The notes below the pieces were generated by a model that saw nothing but the letters and a program-made list of their open reading frames with translations, was not told the DNA's origin and ran no database searches. A program made the translations under genes and the position numbers. This document shows positions 45,279-54,966 of a stretch of 64,000 nucleotides of DNA, in pieces. This stretch comes from Bacteroidales bacterium (GTDB taxonomy: Bacteria > Bacteroidota > Bacteroidia > Bacteroidales > JBDKHP01). Position 1 is the stretch's first letter. Every line of letters starts with the position of its first letter. The stretch covers positions 836,634 through 900,633 of the forward strand of contig CBDDLB010000004.1 in NCBI GenBank assembly GCA_965230435.1, read 5' to 3'.

Positions 45279-46478
45279 ATGGAATCGATAAAAGAGATTT
45301 ATAAAATAGGTTATGGGCCTTCGAGCAGCCATACAATGGGGCCTGCAAAAGCTGCCCGTTCGTTTAAAAAGAAGTACCCTATGGCTTCTAGGTTCGTGGT
45401 AACGCTTTTTGGTAGTTTGGCGGCAACAGGAAAAGGGCACATGACAGATCATGCGATAGAGCAGGAGTTGAAGCCTTTGGATGTTGAATTTATTTGGGAG
45501 CCCAAAAAGTTTCTTGCCCGGCACCCAAATGCTGTGAAGTTTGTAGCATTCAACGAAGGTGAGTCGCTAGGCGAGTGGACAGCCTATAGTGTTGGAGGTG
45601 GCAGAGTAATTGATGATGAGACAGAAATTGAGGTAGAGGACATATATCCTAAAACTCATATGAAAGAGGTGTTGCAATATGTGCAGGATAATGGCATGAG
45701 CTTTTGGGAGTATGTTGAAATGATAGAAGACAAAGAAACATTGCACAGCCACCTGGAAAAGGTGTGGAAAACGATGAAAGAATCTATAAAAAGGGGAATT
45801 GAAAATGAAGGAACTTTACCTGGCATTTTGAAACTGCCCCGAAAAGCAGCCTCTTATCACGTTAAAGCAATGAATCAAAAAGCAATGCGTAAGGAAACAA
45901 GCTTGATTTTTGCTTTTGCACTTGCGGTATCGGAAGAAAATGCGGCGGCAGGTGAAGTTGTTACTGCACCAACTTGTGGTTCGTGTGGGATTTTGCCCGC
46001 TGTATTGTTATCTTTACAGAAGCGGTTCAAACTTTCGGATGCAAAAATAGTCCGTGCATTAGAGACCGCAGGCCTTGTTGGCAATTTTGTGAAAGAAAAT
46101 GCTTCAATATCAGGTGCAGAAGTAGGATGCCAAGGCGAGGTTGGTACCGCAGCGGCTATGGCGGCGGCGGCGGCCACTCAGCTTATGGGCGGAACTCCTG
46201 CTCAGATTGAATATGCTGCGGAGATGGGACTAGAGCACCATCTTGGGCTAACGTGCGATCCTATTGCCGGGCTTGTTCAGATCCCGTGTATAGAAAGAAA
46301 TGCACATGCTGCCATAAAGGCTTACAGTGCTGCAACTTTTGCTATCATGTCCGATGGTATGCACTATGTTCCTTTTGATAGTGTAGTGGAAGCAATGAAG
46401 CAGACTGGAGACGACTTACCACATCTCTATAAAGAAACTTCAGAAGGCGGGCTTGCCCGTTTTGCAAAGCGAAAATAA
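45279..46478 (+). CDS. sdaA: L-serine ammonia-lyase (iron-sulfur dependent, fused beta/alpha form)
   Basis: IGYGPSSSHTMGP N-terminus. APTCGSCGILPAV and the GAEVGCQGEVGTAAAMAA motif. Confidence 0.9.
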   Translation: MESIKEIYKIGYGPSSSHTMGPAKAARSFKKKYPMASRFVVTLFGSLAATGKGHMTDHAIEQELKPLDVEFIWEPKKFLARHPNAVKFVAFNEGESLGEWTAYSVGGGRVIDDETEIEVEDIYPKTHMKEVLQYVQDNGMSFWEYVEMIEDKETLHSHLEKVWKTMKESIKRGIENEGTLPGILKLPRKAASYHVKAMNQKAMRKETSLIFAFALAVSEENAAAGEVVTAPTCGSCGILPAVLLSLQKRFKLSDAKIVRALETAGLVGNFVKENASISGAEVGCQGEVGTAAAMAAAAATQLMGGTPAQIEYAAEMGLEHHLGLTCDPIAGLVQIPCIERNAHAAIKAYSAATFAIMSDGMHYVPFDSVVEAMKQTGDDLPHLYKETSEGGLARFAKRK

Positions 46479-46483
46479 ACGAA

Positions 46484-47584
46484 ATGGGAAAAAGGATTTT
46501 GCTGGTTTGGGACAGATTGGGTGATTATCACCGTGCCCGTGCTGAAGCTCTTCGTACTGGACAGGCTAAATATGAGGTGCTTACTGCCGACCTTGGAGGT
46601 GCTGATGAACTCTATATGTGGCAGAGCAGCAACGATCCTTTCCATTTTCAACTTTCGAAGAATGATGTCGACGAATCTGATTTTTGGAGAAGAACGTTGC
46701 GTTTTCTTTGGCTGATACTTTTTAAACGGGTGAGAATTGTTGGTCTTGCTGGCTATGGACGTTTCACTTATGTGTTCTTTATTCTTCTGGCGAAATTACT
46801 CGGAAAGAAAGTAATTGTGTTTGCAGAGTCTTGGTATGGGAAAAGAAATACGAAAAACTATTTTAAATCTATTTTTCTGAACCTTTTTGTGAATGGTTTT
46901 TTTGTCTCTGGCAAAAGAGCAGAAGAGTTTTTTCTTAAGACGTTGAAGTTGCGAAGGAAGCGCGTAAAAACGGGTTATAGTGTTGTGGATAATGAACATT
47001 TTAAAGCGCGGAATGTAATTATGCGCAGTTTGTTTGAATATCCACACATTCTATGTGTAGCACGTTTCGCTCGGGAAAAGAATCACGAACGTATGATCGA
47101 TGCTTTTTTGCGTTCAGAGGCAGCCAAACAGTATCATTTGAAATTGGTAGGTACCGGCCCCATGTTATCTACTCTTCAAAAACGTTTTTCGCAACGCAAA
47201 GAGATAATTTTTGCACCATGGACAGACTATGCTGACCTTCCTAATCTTTATCGTCAGGCTACGGCCTTTGTGCTTCCTAGTACTTTTGAACCCTGGGGGC
47301 TTGTTGTTAATGAGGCTATGGCGACGGGGCTTCCAATTTTACTCTCAAAACAGGTAGGATGCGTACCAGAGCTATCAACAAGGGAAAATTCGTTTGTGTT
47401 CGATGCTTATCGCACACAGGAAATTCGTCAGGCTTTTGATCTGTTCTATGCTTTAGATCATGAGCAGTGCTCGGCAATGGGAAATGCTTCGTTCAACTTA
47501 ATTAAAAATCTGAATACAAGGACTTGGGCGAAAACATTCTTATCTTTAGCAAAAGAGAGAGATTTGATGACGAAACAGGAATGA
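46484..47584 (+). CDS. GT-B fold glycosyltransferase (GT4-like)
   Basis: C-terminal Glycos_transf_1 signature FVLPSTFEPWGLVVNEAMATGLPIL. Confidence 0.8.
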   Translation: MGKRILLVWDRLGDYHRARAEALRTGQAKYEVLTADLGGADELYMWQSSNDPFHFQLSKNDVDESDFWRRTLRFLWLILFKRVRIVGLAGYGRFTYVFFILLAKLLGKKVIVFAESWYGKRNTKNYFKSIFLNLFVNGFFVSGKRAEEFFLKTLKLRRKRVKTGYSVVDNEHFKARNVIMRSLFEYPHILCVARFAREKNHERMIDAFLRSEAAKQYHLKLVGTGPMLSTLQKRFSQRKEIIFAPWTDYADLPNLYRQATAFVLPSTFEPWGLVVNEAMATGLPILLSKQVGCVPELSTRENSFVFDAYRTQEIRQAFDLFYALDHEQCSAMGNASFNLIKNLNTRTWAKTFLSLAKERDLMTKQE

Positions 47585-47769
47585 ACATTATCTGTTCAGG
47601 GAATGGTGTGATAAACCAAAGTCTGTTTATAAACGGTATTTTATTGATGGTTAATTAGATAAATGATTTAGCGAACTTAGGCCAAAGCACGAAGTGGAGT
47701 TGTAATTTCCAGATAACTTACAGACGCTGATTTCGTGATATTTAAGTTGGCTCAAGGAGTGGTTTGGCA

Positions 47770-49113
47770 ATGCTTTTTAGTATCGAGATAATAAACATAT
47801 TAACCTTTGTTCTGTTTGGATTAGTTGTTGCCCATTATTTTCAGCGCAGCGATGAGTTCCTTTTCCTGCCTATCTTCTTCTTCATTGCAACAGGTATATT
47901 TCGTTACGAAGCTGTTATTTCTGGTGAAACAGAATGGGCTAAAGTAGCTTATGCACTTGATATTTTTAATCTTACAAATGAGCTTGGTGAGGTAGCTTTG
48001 AATTATTTTTTCTTTGGTACGGGCACTTTCATTTTGGCTTACCTTTTCTTTAGCGGAAATGTCGAAGAACGAAGGGTGGTGTATGATAGTATGGAGCTAT
48101 TTAGGAAGTTCCTAGGGCAATACAGAAGGTATATTATTTATCTTTTCATCTTGGTACTGATTGTAACTACGGCAGCAAATAGTGTTATCAGTGGAGTGAC
48201 TGCAATTGCGTATGGGATGAGTTACTTTTACCTGTTTCAATTGGCCATAGGTGGGATGATCCTTTTAATGTATCTGGTATTTGATACAGTTTCTTGGAAA
48301 AAAAACCAGACTGATAAATTGCTTTTTGGTACTGGGATATTGTTTGCTGCTTATATGTCTTATAATCCTAACTTGCGGTTTCAGTTTTTATCATGGATGT
48401 TGGCCCTTGCCATTTTTTGGGGCAAGGGGCGTCGACCTATGGATAAAATAAGGTATTATATTGTTGGGGGAATTACCGTTCTTATTGTTTTTTCGATGGC
48501 AGGAAATGCCCGTCATGCTAAATTCAATCCACTCAGTTTAGAGGAAAAAGTTGGTTTGGCAGTAGAAAGGCTTACTATTGCCGAAGATTTGAACATGTTG
48601 GATGGTATGATGATGGTTTTGCAGGTTTATCCCGATCATCTGGAATATCACTATGGCAGTGAGCATCTCGAAATATTGATGCGCCCCATCCCACGTGCTC
48701 TTTGGCCAGGAAAGCCAGTAGGAGGATATGCCAATAAACTCGGCCTCAACGACAATATGGCTACAACTACGGTTGGTATTTCACAGACCATCTACGGAAG
48801 TTTCTATGGCGAAGGAGGACTGATCGGTATCATTATTTTCTCATTTATTTATGCAGTTCTGTTTGTTAAAATTTTTCAGTATGCCTATCGATTTCATTCC
48901 CCCATGCGGTATCTGATTAAGGGAGTTGCTTTTGCTTCTTGGGTTCCGATGTTGCGGGGAGGTGACCTGCCTGGTATTTATGCCTTTATCGGTATGAGTT
49001 TTTGGCCCATATTTTTGTTTCTCTGGTTATATATACGCTTTCTGAAGAAAGAAAAAGCTATTGCTGAAGCAGAAAAAAGAAAACAAAAGAAATTGGATTT
49101 GCAGCGGAGGTAG
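47770..49113 (+). CDS. Polytopic membrane protein, O-antigen/oligosaccharide-repeat polymerase-like
   Basis: At least 10 hydrophobic helices plus one large loop. Adjacent to the glycosyltransferase. Start trimmed from TTG to ATG. The functional call is weak. Confidence 0.5.
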   Translation: MLFSIEIINILTFVLFGLVVAHYFQRSDEFLFLPIFFFIATGIFRYEAVISGETEWAKVAYALDIFNLTNELGEVALNYFFFGTGTFILAYLFFSGNVEERRVVYDSMELFRKFLGQYRRYIIYLFILVLIVTTAANSVISGVTAIAYGMSYFYLFQLAIGGMILLMYLVFDTVSWKKNQTDKLLFGTGILFAAYMSYNPNLRFQFLSWMLALAIFWGKGRRPMDKIRYYIVGGITVLIVFSMAGNARHAKFNPLSLEEKVGLAVERLTIAEDLNMLDGMMMVLQVYPDHLEYHYGSEHLEILMRPIPRALWPGKPVGGYANKLGLNDNMATTTVGISQTIYGSFYGEGGLIGIIIFSFIYAVLFVKIFQYAYRFHSPMRYLIKGVAFASWVPMLRGGDLPGIYAFIGMSFWPIFLFLWLYIRFLKKEKAIAEAEKRKQKKLDLQRR

Positions 49114-49160
49114 AGGCTTGTGTCGGAACCGAAAATATTGTTCTATGTGTTTGGGCGTAG

Positions 49161-49210
49161 AACTTTCCAAAAGCCTTTTTCTTGAATGTATAGCTTTTGG
49201 AAAGTTTTTT
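49161..49210 (+). terminator. Rho-independent terminator
   Basis: aactttccaaaagc / gcttttggaaagtt form a perfect 14-bp stem, followed by tttt. Confidence 0.7.
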
Positions 49211-49240
49211 AGATGTGTCGTTGAGGTATACTAAATCAAC

Positions 49241-49891
49241 TTATGATGCAACAACAAGTTCATCTTTCAGCCGTCCATCAACAAACATATCGGCTACTTC
49301 TTCGTCCGAAATATGGATATGATAGGCTTGTATCCCTACCTTTTTAGCAGCTTCTACATTAATAGCAGCATCGTCGATAAACAATGTTTCTTCGGCATTC
49401 AGGCCATTTTCTTCCAATACTAAGCGAAAAAGCTTTTCGTCCGGTTTGCGAAGGCCTACCCTTTGAGAGTAGTAGATTTTGTTGAAAATATGGCTCAGGT
49501 CGTTGTATCCGCTGCTTTCTTTCAATATTTTCAGATAAGCTTCTAAATGGATTTCGTTTGTGTTACTAAGCAAGAAAGTAGAGTAATGTTTCTGCACCTT
49601 TTCAAGAGCTTCTAGGCGGCCGGCAGGAAAATCGAGTAGCATTGCATTCCAGGCCTTGTCAATTTGTTCGTTGGTGAAGGGCATACCAAAAAGTTCGCGC
49701 AGTCCATCGCGAAATTCGGCGGGTGTTATTTTTCCAACTTCGATATCGTCGAAAAGCTCTACCTGATTTGGGAAATTATACTTCTGTCTTACATTTTCTA
49801 GACCGTAATTTTCAAAAGCTTCCACAGTCAAATTTGGATCGATATTGAGCACTACGCCACCTAAATCGAAGATTATGTTTTTAATAGCCAT
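49241..49891 (-). CDS. HAD-superfamily hydrolase (subfamily IA)
   Basis: Motif I IIFDLGGVV, motif II LLSNTN and motif IV FIDDAAINV. Confidence 0.8.
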   Translation of the reverse strand: MAIKNIIFDLGGVVLNIDPNLTVEAFENYGLENVRQKYNFPNQVELFDDIEVGKITPAEFRDGLRELFGMPFTNEQIDKAWNAMLLDFPAGRLEALEKVQKHYSTFLLSNTNEIHLEAYLKILKESSGYNDLSHIFNKIYYSQRVGLRKPDEKLFRLVLEENGLNAEETLFIDDAAINVEAAKKVGIQAYHIHISDEEVADMFVDGRLKDELVVAS

Positions 49892-50017
49892 TGTCGAGGT
49901 TTGTTATTATGGAACTGTAGCCAAATGTCTTAATTTACAGCGACCTTCATAAGGCCACTGCGTTAAATTTATATTTACAATCAGCTTAGCGAGGCTGTGC
50001 CTCAATTATTATACTTG

Positions 50018-50635
50018 TTATGGTATCAGTTTCTGGTCGCGCAAATAGTTACGGTAGAATAGCAGAATGATGAATACTCCTATCGTAATCGAGGAGTCAG
50101 CAATGTTGAATACAGGGCGGAAAAACAGAAATGGTTCGCTGCCCCAGAACGGCATCCAACTTGGGAAAGTGCCTTTTATCAGCGGAAAATATAACATATC
50201 CACAACCTTGCCTTGTAGAAACGGAGCGTAGCCTCCTGCATCGGGTAGTAATTGAGCCACTGTATAGTAATCGCTCTTGCTGAATAATACGCCATAGACA
50301 GCACTATCGACAATATTGCCCAATGCCCCGGCCATAATCAGGCCTATGCTTATCATATAACCCAGCGGGGCTTTTTCACGGGAAAGGCGTACAGTGTACC
50401 AGAGTAGGAAGGAAACTGCAACAATCCGGAACAGGCTAAGTAGGATTTTTCCAATTATACCTCCGAGTTCCCACCCGAAAGCCATTCCATTATTTTCGGT
50501 GAAGTGTATGATGAACCAATCGAAAATTCTGATTTCTTCGCCCAGTTTAAAGCTGGTTTTTATCCATACTTTTATGATCTGATCTAGAAGAATAACAAGT
50601 ACTGTAAGAGATAGTGTTTTACTTAGCTTAGACAT
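50018..50635 (-). CDS. lspA: Lipoprotein signal peptidase (signal peptidase II)
   Basis: NNGMAFGW and FNIADSSITIG motifs; four TM helices. Confidence 0.88.
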   Translation of the reverse strand: MSKLSKTLSLTVLVILLDQIIKVWIKTSFKLGEEIRIFDWFIIHFTENNGMAFGWELGGIIGKILLSLFRIVAVSFLLWYTVRLSREKAPLGYMISIGLIMAGALGNIVDSAVYGVLFSKSDYYTVAQLLPDAGGYAPFLQGKVVDMLYFPLIKGTFPSWMPFWGSEPFLFFRPVFNIADSSITIGVFIILLFYRNYLRDQKLIP

Positions 50636-51020
50636 TTGACTTCTTCGTTTAATAATTTAAAAATTAGGTCGTGGATCTTTAATCTAAAGAACCCAATCTG
50701 AACTACATTCAGAATAAGCGGATTGAATTTTAGTATCTCCACTTACATTTTCAGAAAGAGTTTTGCCGTCTGTATGTAATCCCCGATTAATTTCGTTTCT
50801 TGGCAAAAATTAAGTTTGTTCTCATTCTGTAGTTAATACAAAATAATATGTATGAATACTTTTTGAGTATTCAGATTGATATATTTTTATTTTATTCAAT
50901 GTAGTTTCTTTCGTTTGAAAACTGCTGTGTTACAGACCGATTTAAAACATTCTGAAGCACATTGCTGCAAAACTATAATATTTGGAATGAGCAGAAAAGC
51001 ATTAGATACTTAATAATATC

Positions 51021-51050
51021 AAAAAAAGCCAACGTGGTTCACGCTGGCTT
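51021..51050 (-). terminator. Rho-independent terminator after the dksA-like gene
   Basis: The minus strand reads agccagcgtg-aac-cacgttggct followed by ttttttt. Confidence 0.8.
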
Positions 51051-51163
51051 GTTCTGAATCTTCCCCGAAAACATAAGAGTCAATATTGCTATTATCACAT
51101 TTGTTTCGTATATGGGCAGAGCTTTTAAAAGAAAAGCAATGCTAATTAAGGTCTTGAACCTAT

Positions 51164-51541
51164 TTATTTTTGGTTACGCTTAGCTTCAATGCTTAATGTT
51201 GCATGTGGAACAGCCATAAGGCGTTCTTTGGCAATCAGCTTACCGGTTTCGCGGCAAACTCCGTAGGTTTTGTTTTCAATGCGGATAAGTGCCGACTTTA
51301 AGTGCTGGATAAATTTTGCCTGACGTTGTGCAAGACGTCCTGCTTCTTCTTTAGATAGGACGGCTGCTCCTTCGTCCATCAATTTAAAAGTTGGAGAAGT
51401 GTCCTGCACGTCGTTGTTGTCCTGGTGCGTAATGGCATTACGATAGATTTCGTAATCCGCTTGCGCCTTTTTAATCTTCTTATCGATCACAGCTCTGAAC
51501 TCCTCAAGCTCTGTGTCTGTATACCTTGTCTTTTCGCTCAT
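51164..51541 (-). CDS. DksA/TraR-family protein (Bacteroidota type)
   Basis: Coiled-coil N-terminal part and C-terminus YGVCRETGKLIAKERLMAVPHATLSIEAK. Only one Cys sits where the C4 zinc finger normally lies. Confidence 0.75.
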   Translation of the reverse strand: MSEKTRYTDTELEEFRAVIDKKIKKAQADYEIYRNAITHQDNNDVQDTSPTFKLMDEGAAVLSKEEAGRLAQRQAKFIQHLKSALIRIENKTYGVCRETGKLIAKERLMAVPHATLSIEAKRNQK

Positions 51542-51898
51542 AATGGGTAGTATTTAAACTTGGGTCACCGGTGATAAAACATAGGCCCTGTTATACGTTT
51601 ACTTGAGCCTTTCAGAACCCGCTGTACAGCGACAGTTCCAATCGAAAAAATCGATTTGCGAATATGATAAATTCTTTTTCCTTTGCAACTCTTTCTAACA
51701 AAAATATGCTTTTGAAAGTGTCACTTTTCTACAGTTGACATTTCGTTTATGTTGTCATATTTACGAAAGGTTTTGTTTTTCGTTGCAACAGGAGCACTAA
51801 ATCGGCACATAAACGGTGTTACAAATACTTCTACAAATCGATTAGCTTTCTAGTGTTTTAAATATCAGGTAGGTAGTAGACAAAACTTAGGCCAGTTT

Positions 51899-53179
51899 TT
51901 ATGAGTTGTTAAACTTTTGATTTGTTTGAAAAGATTGGAAACTGAATGCCATGCAGTGAAAGGGTGCTGTGTAACTATATTGAATTTCAATTTGGTACAT
52001 GTCGCATATCTTTTTTACGATCGCCAGCCCAAGTCCCATCGATTTAGAATGACTTCCTTTTGCAAAACGTTCGAATACTCTTTCTGTGTCAAGGGCCTCT
52101 CCTACTCCATGGTTTTTTATTACTAAGTGGTTCTTTTGAAGGGAAATATGAAGTTCTCCTTGTTGAAGGTTGTGACGTATTGAATTTTTCAATAGGTTGA
52201 AAATGAGTAGCTCTGCTAAGTAAGGGTTCATGGATAGCTCATTGGCAGGGGCAAGTTCGAGTTTTACGGATATCTCTTTGTCTTCGATAAATTCATAAAG
52301 GTTTTCGAGTTGCTGACGGATGATGTCTGCAATGTTGATCTGTTTTACTTCTGCAAACTGGTCGTTTTCAATTTTTGTAAGCAATAGGAGTGCTTTGTTG
52401 AGTTTCGAAAGGCGATCGACGGCTTCTTGTATGGTGACTAAATTGAGTAATTGACCTTCAGTAAGGGTGTCGTCCTGAAACATCTGGTCTAGTTTCGTAG
52501 AGATAATTGCTAGAGGGGTCTGTATTTCGTGCGATGCATTTTCTGTGAATTCTTTTAGGTTGAAAAAATCGCGGCGGATACGTTCTGTAATCTGATAGAG
52601 TACTTTGTTCAGTTGTTCGAATTCGTCGATGTCTGTTTGCGGAAGATCAAGGTTTTCTTTACGGTCAACTTTGATGTTTCGGATTTTGGCAATAGTTTCG
52701 AAAAAGCCCTCCAAACTCTGCATTGCAACATAACGGTTTAGAAGGTAAAAACTGAGCATGAAGAAGATTATGAGACAGCATAAAACAAAAAGGAGCCGTA
52801 TTGTTAACTCATCAGCATGCCTTAATGACCTGAATATTTCTACCTGATAGGTTCTGCTAGAATAATCGTGGGTGAATTTCAGTTTGCGGAAGTAGCCTTT
52901 TTCCTGTTTCACAGCCAGGGTCGTATCCGAAAACTGATCTGTAGAATGGGAATTGGTCTGCTGGATGTTGATAAGAACATCGAAATAAACGAAACGTTCG
53001 GGGTATGACAGTAGCTCTTCAAATTCACCTTGGGTGACTTTTTTATAGCGCTCCAGTTCGCGGTCGATATTATTGAGGGTGATATTGCGCAGTAATACAT
53101 AGAATATGACACAACCTGCAAAAAGAATGAACGCAGCTGCAGAAATGAAGTTGAGGTTTATTTTGGTGATCAGTTTCAT
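51899..53179 (-). CDS. Sensor histidine kinase
   Basis: Two TM helices, H-box FTENASHEIQTPLAIIS, and HATPase N/G boxes (LLKNSIRHN, GLGLAIVKKI). Confidence 0.88.
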   Translation of the reverse strand: MKLITKINLNFISAAAFILFAGCVIFYVLLRNITLNNIDRELERYKKVTQGEFEELLSYPERFVYFDVLINIQQTNSHSTDQFSDTTLAVKQEKGYFRKLKFTHDYSSRTYQVEIFRSLRHADELTIRLLFVLCCLIIFFMLSFYLLNRYVAMQSLEGFFETIAKIRNIKVDRKENLDLPQTDIDEFEQLNKVLYQITERIRRDFFNLKEFTENASHEIQTPLAIISTKLDQMFQDDTLTEGQLLNLVTIQEAVDRLSKLNKALLLLTKIENDQFAEVKQINIADIIRQQLENLYEFIEDKEISVKLELAPANELSMNPYLAELLIFNLLKNSIRHNLQQGELHISLQKNHLVIKNHGVGEALDTERVFERFAKGSHSKSMGLGLAIVKKICDMYQIEIQYSYTAPFHCMAFSFQSFQTNQKFNNS

Positions 53180-53853
53180 GTAGTTTCGAACTTATAACCT
53201 ATTCCATACACGTTTTTCACGTAGTCATTGGCTCCTGCTTTGAGCAGTTTTTTTCTTAGGTTTTTGATGTGCGTGTAAATGAAATCGTAAGAATCGGCCG
53301 AGTCCATATAATCGCCCCAGATGTGTTCCGACAGGGAGACTTTTGTTAGTACACGGTTTTTATTGGCAAGAAAATAGAGCAGAATGTCGAACTCCTTTTT
53401 TGTTAGGCTCAATTCTTTTTCATGGACGAAAACCCTGAATTCATCTGGGAGTATCCTAATTTCGTTGAATACAATGGAATTGTCGCCGTTGAAATTCAGT
53501 CTGCGGTTCAGGGATTTTAGTCTGGCATTTAGTTCGCTCAGATGAAAGGGTTTGGTTAGATAATCGTCGGCTCCCATTTCGAGCCCGGATACGCGGTCGT
53601 CCACAGCGTCTTTTGCAGATATTACGATGATACCTGTTGTTTTGCCTTTAGCCTTTATTTCCGGTATTAGGTTGAGACCGTTCCCGTCCGGTAGACCGAT
53701 ATCCAGTAACACAACATCGTAATCGTAAACTGAGATTTTCTCCTGGGCAGTTTCGAAATCTGTTACACATTCGCTTACGTAGCCTTCTTTACGTAAAAAA
53801 TCGGCAATTGAATCGGAAAGGCTAATCTCATCCTCTACAATCAATACTTTCAC
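53176..53853 (-). CDS. OmpR/PhoB-family response regulator
   Basis: Receiver domain (MKVLIVEDE..., VVLLDIGLPDGNG) plus a winged-helix output (LTKKEFDILLYF..., VYGIGYKF). Overlaps the kinase gene by 4 nt. Confidence 0.9.
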   Translation of the reverse strand: MKVLIVEDEISLSDSIADFLRKEGYVSECVTDFETAQEKISVYDYDVVLLDIGLPDGNGLNLIPEIKAKGKTTGIIVISAKDAVDDRVSGLEMGADDYLTKPFHLSELNARLKSLNRRLNFNGDNSIVFNEIRILPDEFRVFVHEKELSLTKKEFDILLYFLANKNRVLTKVSLSEHIWGDYMDSADSYDFIYTHIKNLRKKLLKAGANDYVKNVYGIGYKFETT

Positions 53854-54212
53854 AAATTTAAATTTTAAAATTGCAGACCTATTTAAAGTTCAAGGAACTT
53901 AACTTGAACATGATCGGGTTAAGATCGTGAATCTATTTATTTTTAGGTTTCTTAACTCTACAAGTAAGTAAAAACTTAGTCTGAAATAAATCTATCTTAA
54001 TATTCTTCTGTGTACTTTTTTTACCTTCAGAAAAGGTTAGGCTAAATATTCACTTGCTGTTTCGATATAAGCATGTCCAAAATAAATTCAGCTGCAAACT
54101 TAGGCAATTTTCAAAAGGTTCCCCCACTGATGGATATAACTCATAATCATTTCTGTGTCCTACAGTGTAATATGAAATATTATGAATTTTATATATCTGA
54201 AATACAAATGTT

Positions 54213-54923
54213 TCAAAAGAATACTTCACGTAAAACTTTAATAGATTTTAGGCTGGATATGCTTTCAAAATGTATCTGATAATACTCAATCCATAAGTCT
54301 GTCAGTATTTGACGTTCTTTTCGTTTAAAGTCTTTATTTTCAGGAAAAAGTGATCTTGAAAATAGTGTGCTTTCTTCTTTTCTGAAGAACATAGGGTGCA
54401 TCGGTTCTTTGGCTTTGAACTTTCCATTTAGCAAATCGAAAAATAAGTCTTCTGTTCTTTCTTGTAGTTGAGGAACAATACCGAGCACTACGCTGTATCC
54501 CCTCATGAAATCGATTGGAAAGAATCCAATATTTGTGTTTTCTTCTTCTAGCTTTTCTATACTTTTTAGTAGAAAAGAATAAATAGAAGAATCGGCAGAT
54601 TCAATCCTCAAGCTTTTGTGGAGTAATTCTGATATGAAAAGAGCTGTAGTACTTTTAGAAACATTACCCAGAATGGAGTGGTTGGCTTGTTGCAGTGTTA
54701 CTTCTTTTATACGCTGCATGCTTTTGTTCTGTTTGAAATAGACTTCCATATTCAGTATGGTAAGCGGCTGGAACAGAGCTGCCCTAAATTTTGAGTTCTT
54801 CTTCCAGACTCCATTCACCAAGTAGCTCTGCATGCCGAGTTCGTGTGTGAAAATATGCACTACAAGCGAGGACTCGCCATATTTGTAGTGCGTGAGTACG
54901 ATTCCTTGTGTTTTGTGCAGCAA
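54213..54923 (-). CDS. recO: DNA repair protein RecO
   Basis: The N-terminal OB-fold sequence MLHKTQGIVLTHYKYGESSLVVHIFTHELGMQSYLVNG is typical of RecO; 236 aa. Confidence 0.8.
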   Translation of the reverse strand: MLHKTQGIVLTHYKYGESSLVVHIFTHELGMQSYLVNGVWKKNSKFRAALFQPLTILNMEVYFKQNKSMQRIKEVTLQQANHSILGNVSKSTTALFISELLHKSLRIESADSSIYSFLLKSIEKLEEENTNIGFFPIDFMRGYSVVLGIVPQLQERTEDLFFDLLNGKFKAKEPMHPMFFRKEESTLFSRSLFPENKDFKRKERQILTDLWIEYYQIHFESISSLKSIKVLREVFF

Positions 54924-54966
54924 TTTTTGTCGTTTTATGTGAGCTTGGGCATTGATTAAGTCCCAT

